From NCBI RefSeq assembly GCF_048593235.1, contig NC_133622.1, positions 247,322,055 to 247,386,054 of the forward strand: DNA of 64,000 bases. The letters run 5' to 3'. A model generated the notes under the pieces. The model had not been told where the DNA came from. It saw only the letters and a program-made list of their open reading frames with translations, and did not search any database. Shown here piece after piece: positions 36,954 to 47,300 of this stretch; the first letter of the stretch is position 1; each line of letters opens with the position of its first letter. The stretch comes from Sminthopsis crassicaudata. Its lineage: Eukaryota. Position numbers and translations under genes: made by a program.

Positions 36954-38687
36954 CTATTGTGGAGTGACAGAGCGAGGGGTGTCCAATGCCTGGCGAGCAG
37001 CTGCACCCCCAGATGTGCTCGGGCCGCTGACTTCTCGTCTCTTAAGATACACATAGGATTTCTGCTGCTTTGCCAGCCTCCGCCTCTCGTACTGAAGGCG
37101 CCAGTAGGGTTCCAAATTGGTCCGGATGCCACGAGCCACTATCCTGCTGCGCTCAGCGTTGTAGTCGTTGTCCTCCAGCCACTGCAGCTGCTTTTCTATC
37201 ACCCCTAAAACGTCCGACAGCTGGGCGGTGTCCAGCTGCCTGGGAGCCGCCTTCGGGCTGTCTTCCTCGTCCTCGTCCTCGGCCTCCGCCTGGCCTTCGG
37301 CAGCCTGCTGCCGCACGTCCTCAGAGGACAGGTGGTCAGGGGGCGCCTCCAGAAGCTCGTCCACGTCCTTCTTCTTGACCCCCTCAAACCCAACTTGTTT
37401 CGCCAGATCAACGCAGCTCGCTTTGATCTTTTTTAATTGCTCCGAAGGTTCGAATCCTTTAAAGTTGTGAATCAAGTCCGGGAGCATCTTCTTCCACACC
37501 CGGTGCAGACACTCTCTGGTGACGTCGTTCCAGGCTTCCACGATGATATCGATGGCCATTTTGATGTTAAATCGCTTCCAGAACTCGATCACGGTCTCGG
37601 CGTTCTCGCCTCCGGTGGCTGCGAGCAGCAGCTTAAATGTCCGCCTCAGGTAGTAAGCCTTGAACAGGGCGATCACCCCCTGACCGAGGGGCTGGATCAG
37701 GGAGGTGGTTTCGGGGGGCAGAAAGATGAATTTGACGTTGGGGTTGAGCTCGGCGATGGTCAGGGGATGGCTCGGGGCGTTATCGATAATTATAAGAATC
37801 TTAAAAGCCAGGTTCTTTTTCTTGCAATAATCCTCTAGAACGGGGAAGAACTCGGCGAAAATGTCGATGCAGACCTGGGCCGTCATCCAGCCCTTCTTGC
37901 TGTAGCGGTAGTGAACGCCGAGGCTGGCCCTGACGACGCCCCTCAAGGCCTGCGGGTTGGCCGAGCGGTACACCACGACGGGCTTGAGCTTCAGGTCCCC
38001 GCTGGCGTTGGCGCCGAGCAGGACGGTCACGCGGTCCTTGGCCGCCTTGGGCCCGGGCGCGTGCTTCTCGGCCCTGGAGATGTAGGTGCGCCGCGGCAGG
38101 CGCTTGTAGTACAGGCCCGTCTCGTCGAAGTTGAAGATCTGGTCGAGCGTGTAGCCCTCCTCCCTGACCAGCTTCTGGATGAGCGCCGGCAGCTCCTTGG
38201 CCGCCCGGAGCTGCGCGCTGGCCGCCTCGCCCAGCAGCTGCAGGCTCTGGAAGTTGTAGCGGTGCTTGAAGCCGCTGAACCAGCCACAGCTCGCCCGGAA
38301 CGGCGCCACCTCGCCGGGGTTGGACGACTTGCGCTTCAGGTCGGCGTAAATGGACAGGGCCTTGCCCTTGGCCGTCAGGAACGTGGTGCCCGAGCGCTTG
38401 CCCTCCATCCACAGGCTCAGCAGCCTCTCCATCTCCTCGATCTCCCTGGGCCGCCCCCGGATGGACTTGGCCGCGCTGGCGCCCGTGCCCGAGCGCGACG
38501 TCTCCTTGATCTTGACGGCGTTGTCGCGGATGGTGCGCAGCGTGGACTCCTTGAGGCCCGTGGCGCGGGAGATGTCGCACGTCCGCTCGTTGCCTTCGAA
38601 GCGCTTGATGATGTCCAACTTCTCCTTGATGCTCAGGGCTCTCCTCTTGCCGCCCCCCGGCAGCTTGGAGCCCGGGCGCTTGGACAT
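36954..38687 (-). CDS. Tigger/pogo transposase-derived protein (TIGD1-like, CENP-B/JRK family), probably domesticated; 577 aa, single coding exon
   Basis: Uninterrupted ORF from ATG 38687 (MSKRPGSK...). N-terminal psq-type HTH (RRALSIKEKLDIIKRFEG...LKESTLRTI), CENP-B-type HTH (FRASCGWFSGFKHR), DDE_1 motifs IFNFDETGLYYK, KDRVTVLLGANASGDLKLKP, KGWMT, IIDNAPSHP, LIQPLGQGVI, and a Tigger-type C-terminus. Confidence 0.93.
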   Translation of the reverse strand: MSKRPGSKLPGGGKRRALSIKEKLDIIKRFEGNERTCDISRATGLKESTLRTIRDNAVKIKETSRSGTGASAAKSIRGRPREIEEMERLLSLWMEGKRSGTTFLTAKGKALSIYADLKRKSSNPGEVAPFRASCGWFSGFKHRYNFQSLQLLGEAASAQLRAAKELPALIQKLVREEGYTLDQIFNFDETGLYYKRLPRRTYISRAEKHAPGPKAAKDRVTVLLGANASGDLKLKPVVVYRSANPQALRGVVRASLGVHYRYSKKGWMTAQVCIDIFAEFFPVLEDYCKKKNLAFKILIIIDNAPSHPLTIAELNPNVKFIFLPPETTSLIQPLGQGVIALFKAYYLRRTFKLLLAATGGENAETVIEFWKRFNIKMAIDIIVEAWNDVTRECLHRVWKKMLPDLIHNFKGFEPSEQLKKIKASCVDLAKQVGFEGVKKKDVDELLEAPPDHLSSEDVRQQAAEGQAEAEDEDEEDSPKAAPRQLDTAQLSDVLGVIEKQLQWLEDNDYNAERSRIVARGIRTNLEPYWRLQYERRRLAKQQKSYVYLKRREVSGPSTSGGAAARQALDTPRSVTPQ

Positions 38688-38699
38688 GTCCGGGCCGGG

Positions 38700-39046
38700 G
38701 CCGAGCGCCGGCCTTAAGCAGGGACACGGGAGCGACGGGCGGCGCCGCCGGGGCAGGGGCCGCCCACCCAACCTCCGAGGAGGACCCCCGGGGCGCGGGC
38801 CCCCGACGGCGGCGGCGGCGGTGGGCGGTCCGTGCCTGCGCGCCCCGAGGAGGCTGGGACCCAGGCTCGGGGCCGACTGCGCCGTTCTCGCTGCTTCTGG
38901 AGGACAAAGTCGCGGACTGGCAAACGCGGGGGGCGCGGCGCGGCGCCACCGGGATTCGGAGCGGACCTGACAGTCCCCGGGAAGGGGATTACCGGGGAGG
39001 CGAGGCGGGGAAAGGGAGGGATCGAAGCCCTCCCGGATTTTTTTTC

Positions 39047-39081
<35 letters not shown>

Positions 39082-39950
39082 GTAACGGGTCATAACGCAT
39101 GCGCCTAGTTGCGGGATCTAGGGCTGGGGAATGCGATGACTGGGAGGGAGAGCAATTGACGTGTGTGGGGGACTGCTTGAGTCAGGGCGCATGTGCAGAC
39201 TGCTCCTCTCCCGGGCGGGCTGCTTTCCCTTGCCTCCCGCATTGCGCAGGCGCAGATCGTCCCTGAGGCTCCCAAGTTGAGACGGCGGAGCCGGCCACGG
39301 CACGGTTATAGCGGATTCCCACGTGAAGGGACGACCTCGCCTGAGTCCGTGAGTCCGAACTGAGGCGGGGAGGGCCATCTCGGGCCGGAGAGGCGAGACA
39401 CCAGGTTACCGTGGCGGTGCGGGCTCGCGTATGCGGAGCGAGGCGCCGCGGGGTCTGGGGAAGCGTAGCGCGAGCGAGTCGGAAGAGCGGGCAGGGCTCG
39501 AGACTGGGGCCCCGTTGCTAGGCAACTGGGGGTGGCGTTGCTAGGCAACCCGGGCGCCCCCGTGGACCGCTCCCGGGGGCAAGAAGGAAGTGGGCGAGGG
39601 CGTGGGGGGAGGGGGGCGGGAGGCGCGGGGCTCGGCGATCCCCGAAACCGGGAACGCTCCGGAGGCGCCCCTACGGGGGTCCTCACGCCCGCCGGCCTCC
39701 GCCTGCGCAGCCTCCTCGCCGGAGGCGCCGCCCAGCCGGCTTTGGCAGCGCGCCCCGCGGGCGAATATAACTCCGGTGGCTGCCTGGGCTCCGGGGAGCT
39801 GCCCCCGCGACAGCTGCTGTCTGGCCCGGGCTGCCAAGGCCTGCGTCGGACGAGGGGAGGGAGGGGGGCGCGCAGGGCGTGCACCCCGGGCCTGCGGGTG
39901 GCCAGAGCCACGCCCCCGACGGCCCCCTGGGAAGGAGCGGCGGGAGGGCG
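38700..39950. promoter_or_regulatory. CpG-island bidirectional promoter between the Tigger-derived gene (-) and TMEM109 (+)
   Basis: Very CpG-dense; NRF1-type ACGCATGCGC (39095-39104) and TGCGCAGGCGCA (39243-39254); two RFX X-boxes GTTGCTAGGCAAC (39514-39526, 39537-39549); candidate TMEM109 non-coding exon 1 donor cc|GTGAGT at 39349. Confidence 0.7.
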
Positions 39951-40244
39951 GCTAGAGCCACGCCCCCATGGCTAGGGACCCCGGCCCTTTGGGAGGAGCC
40001 TGGAAGCCCTAGGGCAGACAGCCACGCCCCCGACCTGTGGGGACCCCTCCCTCCCCCTAGCGCAGCACCAGGTGGGACCTGCAGGAATGGGAGCAGAATC
40101 CTGGTCCTTGAGCTCAGTCCTCCGCCCCCAGGGCTGAGGCTCTCTGAGCCCCGGCCATTTATCGTTCAGGCGGTTTTTCGTTGTGACTTCTTGGGGGGTT
40201 TCTTGGCACAGCCACTGGAGGGGTTGGCCATGTTCTTCTGCAGC

Positions 40245-40380
40245 TCATTTTACAGATGAGGAAACTGAGGCAGACGGGGCTGAGTGACTTGCCCAGGGTC
40301 ACACAGCTAGTGAGTGTCCAAGGCTGGATTCGAACGAGGTGGATGAGCCCTCCCGACTGGCGCTCTGCAGCCCGTTCACT
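40245..40380 (-). mobile_element. MIR/Mar1-type CORE-SINE in TMEM109 intron 1
   Basis: cattttacagatgaggaaactgaggcaga... gtgacttgcccagggtcacacagctagt. Confidence 0.75.
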
Positions 40381-42774
40381 TGCAGCCTTTGGATTTAGTT
40401 CCATTCAGCCAGCGTTTCTTAAGTACCCAGGATGTGCCAGCTCTCCTTCCCTTTCACCCGTGCCTCTTAGCGGCCCCCCTCCTGGCCTGAGCATCTCCCC
40501 TGAGCCTCTGGGGCTGCACGTCAGGGGCCTTCACCGAGATGCAGAGTGACTCAGAGTGCGCAGAGGCCCGAAGGGAGGAAGGAACTGGGGGCACAGGAGG
40601 AGCCGGGCGGCCCCACCCGCTCTGCCCTGCCTGAAGGAGCGGGAGCCTTCCCCTGCTGCGGAGCCACCACGGGCCCTGGCTCGGACCGGTGGAACCACCT
40701 TCCCAAACAGAGGCGTTTCCTCCTCTCCTCCGACACAAAACCAGGAACTGGGAGCCCCGGCTTTGGGCCTTCCAAGGCTTGGCTGAGACCCCGGCCTATC
40801 TGGGCTGGCTCTATTGTTTGAGCTGGCCCTGTTGCCCAACGCCTCAAGCTTTTAAAACTCTGATCCCCTTGCTTGGGATGTCAGCCCAAAGCCCCCTCCT
40901 GCCGTCCTTCCCAGGCCCGGGGGAACCTTTGTTTGACACACAGGTCAGAGAAGAAAAACCTGCCTTATTTGGACAAGTCCCTTTGTCTCTAAGCCTTAGT
41001 TTTCTTATTTGTAAAATGGGTCCCATGGACACTGTTCCAGTGACTTCCTTAGTGTCAGGACCTAATGGAGAGACTCAGGCGAGGTCAGATGCCCCGGCTC
41101 CCGTGGCCGGAGGAGAGGCTGGAGCCTCGGTCCTCCCCGTGCTCCCCGCTCTGCCATTTCTCAGCCTCAGGTCTCAGTTCATAAAGACACCCAGTGATCT
41201 CTACGCTCCCTCCCCAGCGGTTCTCATTCAGCACTTCACCGTAGCCCCGTTGGGTTCCTCCTGCGCCCTGGCGCCGGGGCAGGGCAAGCTAATGGTGAGA
41301 CAGCTTTGGAGTGTAGTGAAAGGAAGGCGGTCAAGGACTCCGTCTGAGGGGGCTCTGCCCTCGGCTGGCGTGGAGGCCGCTCCAGCCGGCCGCTGACCTT
41401 CTCAGGTGGAGGCGGCGATGTCTGCCCCATCGTTCGTGGCGGGGGGGAGTCCGATAGCGAATCTTAACTCGCACTTGGCAGCGCTCCCCGGCAAGTTCCT
41501 GGCTTGGCTGCGACCCAGCTGCCTCCGCCTTTGGCTCGCCTCCTCTCTGCCTTGGCAGCCGTCGGCCGTCTGTCCCCACGTGCTCACAGGCTCGCCGGGG
41601 CAGCTTCCCTCCTCGGGCTGCCTCCTCGGCAGCTGTCCCCGGCCCGTTGCACTGTCTGCAGCAGGACGGGGAAGAGCGGCTTCTGGCCCATCTCGGCTCC
41701 CTCAGAGCCAGGGGAGCTGGGAAACGGTGACCGCCCCCCTCGGCGGCTCCCGGCTGAGATTTCCAGCTAATTGTTTGGGTTCCGTGGTAACCCAGCAAAC
41801 TCGCCTGTCCTGACATCTGCTAGCAGGTGAATCACGGAACCGCCCTGAAGCCACCAGGTTCCTTTTCCCGCTCCCTCCCTCTGTGAGGAGAAAAAGAGGA
41901 AGAAGAGGGCAGGCCGGCGCCCTCCCGGAGCTGGCACCCCCCCCCCGCCACCATAGCTTCCCTTCTTTTGTGCTTGGTGGGGTGGAGAAAGTTTCTGCTC
42001 TTGAATTCTCTGGCCGCTGGGGAGCTCACTACTCTGTGCTTTCTGACCTTCCCTTTGCAGTCCCTTTCCATCCACTGGGGGTGTGAGAGCCCGCCCTGTG
42101 AGGCCCATGAGCTAAGAAAGCCGTGGGGCAGAAGGAGAGAGGGCTGACCCTGAAAGGTCGAGGGGCAAGTACTGCTTTTGCCATTTGTGGTCAGGTCATT
42201 TCCCTGAGTCTCAGTTTCCTCATCTGTAAACAGACCGTAGCACCTGCCCCCGGGTTGGTGGGAGGTCCATGTGAGCCGGCGTATCAGAGGATTGTGCAGG
42301 CTGATAATCGCTGGCTCGTGGCGGCCTCGGAGGCGCCCAGTCCAGCCCTCGGGCCTCCTGTGATGAAATGGAATTCGGTGGGAGGCGGGCGGCTCATCTG
42401 GGCCGGACAGCCGGGGGCCCCGTCCACTCTCTGCCCCGTGTTGTCCCCTGGCTGTGTCACCGACACTGGTGGCTAGGACCCTCAGTAAGAAACGCCCCCA
42501 CCCAGTGCCATCTGGCACGGCTCTATGAGAGGCCCCTCTGCTCCTGCCCTCTTCTCCACTCCCAGCCCAATCTCCCAGAAACTTTCCAGTACCATCTAGT
42601 CAGGTTGGCCCTTGGGGGCCTCTGGGTGGCGACCATGCACAGGGCACCGGGCTTTGAGTTCAGATCCTGCCCCCATCACTAGGCAAACCCAGAAAAGCCC
42701 AGAGTCCAGCCGGATTGTGACAGCCAGACACTAACACCAGGGCAAGCCGAGGACTCGCTATCATCCCGCTCTCA

Positions 42775-43192
42775 TTCCTGGGCCTCCTCCCCTCCCCCTT
42801 GGTCTCCTTTGGGCCTCCTCCCCTCTCCCTTGGTCTCCTTTGGGCCTCCTCCCCTCTCCCTTGGTCTCCTTTGGGCCTCCTCCCCTCCCCCTTGGTCTCC
42901 TTTGGGCCTCCTCCCTTCCCCCTTGGTCTCCTTTGGGCCTCCTCCCCTCCCCCTTGGTCTCCTTTGGGCCTCCTCCCCTCCCCCTTGGTCTCCTTTAGGC
43001 CTCCTCCCCTCTCCCTTGGTCTCCTTTGGGCCTCCTCCCTTCCCCCTTGGTCTCCTTTGGGCCTCCTCCCCTCCCCCTTGGTCTCCTTTGGGCCTCCTCC
43101 CCTCCCCCTTGGTCTCCTTTGGGCCTCCTCCCCTCCCCCTTGGTCTCCTTTGGGCCTCCTCCCCTCCCCCTTGGTCTCCTTTGGGCCTCCTT
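42775..43192. repeat. 31-bp pyrimidine-rich minisatellite, about 13 copies
   Basis: Unit GGCCTCCTCCCCTCCCCCTTGGTCTCCTTTG. Confidence 0.95.
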
Positions 43193-43565
43193 GACACTTC
43201 CCTCTTGGGAGGCCCTCAAAAGCACCAGGTTGAGGCAGCCGTATGCTGGGCTTCTGAGCCCCCTGCGGGCCGGCTCACCTCCCACTTTTGTGTGCCCACC
43301 CCCCAGAATTCCACACTAGGCACTGTCCAGGGAGCCTTGGTTGTCAGCCGAGGCTAAAGCACGGCCCAGACGCTGGCTCCATGTGGCCCCACCGGGCCCT
43401 GTGGTCTCCATCTTGAATCCCTCCCAGCCAGCATCGGGTTGTCTTCCAGAATTGGGGTTTGGGCTGTGGGCCAGCCTGGCTGACCGTCCCCGGGAAATCT
43501 CGGGGTTCCCTGGGGCTCCAAGTCTACAGTGATGCCTTTCCCCCTTCCCGCTGGCAGGCAGAGCC

Positions 43566-45400
43566 ATGCTGAGATTGGACAGCAGATTCCTGATGGGGCG
43601 ACCTGTGCCCAAGGCCCTCCTGACGGCCTTTGTGGCCTTCCTCCTTGTCCTGCACACGGCAAGTTCCCAGCAAGACTTCCAGTCAAGAAAGCAGCAGAGG
43701 AAGGACCCCCCAGCTGACTTCCTGTCCCAGACAGGGTGGGCCATTCGGGAGACCCTGGATGCCTGGATTGGGCCTGAGGTCATGCTCATGGTGGCCGAGG
43801 TGAGGAGCCTTCCCGCTGGGCGAGTGAAAGTGGCTGGCTATGGGCAACAGATCCTCTTGGGCATTTAGGGAAGATTTGGGGGAATTGGGTCAGTGTGTGC
43901 CTGGAAGGGGGACTGGTGAGGGGAGCCCATGCTGCCGCTGTGCGGTCCCTGATCCCATGTGTAGTCCCCACTTCCTCCTTTCCTCTCAGGGAAAAAGGTG
44001 GGAAAAGGGCCCAAATAAATGCCAAGCCACTTTGACCTATTGTGACTCAGACTCTTCTCTTTTTGGTAGAGAAGAGGGAGATCAGGGGACTGATCTCCCT
44101 CAAATGGGGTTCAGCCCTGGCTGATAATACCATTTAGTGGGGGAAGGGCTGGCAAGAGGTCTGCTCCTTGAGCCGCTCCACATTCAGAGCTCTTAGCCAA
44201 GGTGACCCCCTGAGCCTCCCATAATGGTCAGAGGGCAGGCCCACGATGACCTCAGCCAGAGTGCGGGCAGACAGAAAGGAAGGCTTCTGTTGGGGCTCCC
44301 GGAGCCCGTGGGCCCAGCTGTCCAGAATCCCAGGCTGTGGCTTCCTTTCCCCCCCACACACACTCCCCTGCCCCAGAGCTGGCCCCTTAGCCGGTCTGCC
44401 TGGGGAGGCCCGATGTCACCAGGCTTTGGAGCCCACGTTAATCACTGAAGGGCGAAAGACTACATTCAGTTAGGGGCTCTTACAAACCAAGATGTCCTTC
44501 CTGGCCCATCCTGGACCTTCCACCTTTTCTTGGGGGAACCTTTGGGGACCCTCCCTGCTGCAGGAGACAGGGTGGGCTTCTCTCGGGTGCCCCTGCCTCG
44601 AGTCACCTGGCTGCTCTGCTCTCTCCTAGACCTTGTCCCAAGTGCTGTGGGCCGTCTCTTCTGCCATCTCCGTGGCTTGCTTCGCTCTCTCTGGGATCTC
44701 TGCGCAGCTGCTGAGCGCCATGGGGCTGGATGGTAAGGAGGGGCCCGGGCGAATGCTCCTTGTTCCAGAGCAGCGGGCGGGCAGCAGGCCGGGGGCACCG
44801 GGCAGCTCGATCCCTGAGCACCTTGTTACTTCTCCAGCTTCTGGCTGTCCTGGCGGAGGTTCTGGGCATTCCTCCTTCGAGGGATCAGCCCCTTCCTCTT
44901 TGGCTAAAAAGGAGACCCTATGGGGGGGGGAGATCCTCTTGTCCCTTGAGTCTGTGAGGGTCCCTGGTCCTCTCTGTGGGTCCTGCTAACTCTCCCCTAC
45001 CCCTCTCACAGGTGAGCACCTCACACAAGGCTTGAAGCTCAGCCCTGGCCAAGTTCAGACCTTCCTCCTCTGGGGAGCGGGGGCCCTCGTGGCCTACTGG
45101 GTGCTGGCCCTGCTCCTGGGCCTGCTGCTGGCCCTGCTGGGCCGGATCCTGTGGGGCCTGAAGCTGGTCCTCTTCCTCGTGGGCTTTGTGGCCGTGGTCA
45201 GGTCTGTGCCCGACCCCTCCATCCGGGCCCTGATGCTGCTGGGGCTGCTGACCCTGTACGCCCTGCTGAGCCGGCTGAGCGGCAGCCGCGCCTCGGGAGC
45301 CCAGCTGGAGGCCAAGGTGCGCGGCCTGGAGAGGCAGGTGGAGGAGCTGCGCTGGAGGCAGCGCCGGGCCGCCAAGGCCAGCCGGGGGGCAGAGGAGTAG
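43566..45400 (+). CDS. TMEM109: Transmembrane protein 109 (mitsugumin-23); 3 coding exons, 241 aa
   Basis: Exons 43566-43799, 44630-44732, 45012-45400 (726 nt, GT-AG, in phase). Diagnostic SQVLWAVSSAISVA and GLKLSPGQVQTFLLWGAGAL...QLEAKVRGLERQVEELRWRQRR. Confidence 0.97.
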
Positions 45401-46639
45401 GCGGCCGGGCCGGGCCGGCGAGGAAGCCCGGATGCCGCTCCTGCGCCCACCGGGAGACGAAGGCCTGCCCCCTCCCCGAGGCCTCCGGGCTGTCTCTGCT
45501 GGATCGGCTCCCACGGCTTCCCCTCGCACCCGGGCCAGCTCCGCCGGGAGGGCCTGACCATCCTGTCTCCTGTTGCTACCCTTAAGCACACCTCTGCTGT
45601 GGCCTTGACCGAGACCTCCAGCAGGCGGGCAGGGACAGACCTCAGGGCAGCGGCCGCCCCTTTCAGTGTCCCTTCCCCCTCCGCTTCCCACTCCGTCCCG
45701 GCTCCCCTTCCAGCCCTGCTCTGCGGGCATGTGTCCTGTGCACCACCCCACGGTGGGGAGGAGACATGAGCTGGTCCCTGGGCGGCCGGAAGCCCCCCCA
45801 CCCCAGGTCTTAGGGCCGCCAGTGGCAAATCTGTGACAAGTGCCTTCACTTAAGCCAGCAGTGCCTGCTTCTCGCCTGCTGTATGTAGGAATGTGTATTA
45901 GGTGTCTCTGGAGCTGGAACAGGAGCAGCCTCCTAGAACCCGACACCCACAGCCAAAGAGCCCCGTGAGCACTAGGGAACCTGCAGCCTCCCGTCCGGCC
46001 TCCGTCTGGCCTCCGCGGGGGGCCTTGGACGCCTCGGCCCGGGCTAGGCCCGAACCAGCTCCACTCCAGCGTCACTGCCCAGCCGGCCAAGCAGGAGGCC
46101 CCGAGGAGCTCATCCCCCGCGCCGGCTTCTCTGGGAGTCGGGGAGAGCACGGCCTCCGCCCGGAACCTGGGGAGGGAGGAACCAGCTGCCGGTGATCTGT
46201 TTTTATTGAAGCTGAGCTCATTGGGTTTTAAATTAAGAAATGCACGCTATTTTATCTTGTTCCATATAAAACACGTGTAATCCAAGCCTCTCGAGTCGCC
46301 TGTGATTTCCCAACATTGCCCCCCACCCCCTTTCGCAGCAGGGGGAGTAGGTGGGGCGGAGACGCCAAGTAGTTCCAGTCGCCGCCACCAGGGGGAGCTG
46401 GAGGGACGGCGCAGGGCAGGGACCGCTGCAGCCCGAGGCCGCGAACAATGCGCGCTCCCGCGACGGGACCCCCGCCCCCCTCCGATCTCCGCGCGCCTGC
46501 GCCTGCGCGATACCAAAGCGGGCTCCTGGGCTGGGGCAGAGAAAGATTGAGGATTCGGTGGCGAGAGGGAGGGCAGGCGGGCGCGGGACCCTCTCTACCC
46601 CCGGCTCTCCCCCTCCCCCCAGGGTAAACAGACCCACAT

Positions 46640-47300
46640 GCCTGCCTGGAACAAACCTTTCTCCGCCCGCCTCCCAGAACTGCTACACGCGCGCACGTGC
46701 ACACACACCCTGCCTGGGACAAGCCTCCCCCCCACTTCGCTTAAGTGCTCTGTGCACACGCGCGCACCCGACCCGAGAGTCTCACCTCCCAGAAGTTGGG
46801 TGCGCGCGCACACATCCTGCCCGGGACTAGCCTGCCCAGGTTCTCCCCTACGCTCTGGGAGCACACTTGCACCTGTACGCGCCCCACGCTCCCCTCCTAG
46901 CACAGACGCGTGTGCACACACCAGCACACCCCACCTGAGGTCTCCCCTCCCAGTTGAGTGCACGCGCACACACGCACCCGCGCACACTCCGGGCCAAGCC
47001 TTCCCTCCCACGTAGTCCCCTAGGCTCTTGCGTTCACATTTGTGCCCACCCCTCATGCTCCCCCAACATAGGTACACGCGCGCGCACGCCTCCTGCCCGG
47101 GCAAGCCTTCCCTCCCCAGGTACGGTGCTAGAGCGCGCACACTCCGGGCCAAGCCTTCCCTCTCGTCCCCCGCGCTTGCATACACCTTTGTACAAGTCCC
47201 AGCCCCGCGTTTCCCTCCCAGCACACCCATTCACACCCCCCTAGGACAAGCCTTCCCTCCCCAGGTACGGTCTCCCGCGCGTGCGCGCGCTCCCCCCACA
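46640..47300. repeat. Diverged ~50-110-bp repeat with alternating purine-pyrimidine tracts upstream of TMEM132A
   Basis: Recurring (cc)gggc(c)aagccttccctcccc at about 46716, 46820, 46988, 47097, 47146 and 47244, interspersed with cgcgcacac/gtgcac runs. Confidence 0.6.

Noticed and set aside
37801-38949. Overlapping 382-aa (-) and 268-aa (+) ORFs over the transposase-derived gene
   Set aside because: They are shadow frames expected from very high GC3; the translations are low-complexity with no motifs.
36700-39100. Autonomous active Tigger transposon
   Set aside because: I found no terminal inverted repeats or TA target duplication by eye, the third catalytic Asp is absent, and the ORF sits in a host-type promoter context.
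42772-43357. Repetitive 131-182-aa ORFs (LGLLWASSPPPWSP / GGGEEAQRRP)
   Set aside because: They are translations of the 31-bp intronic minisatellite.
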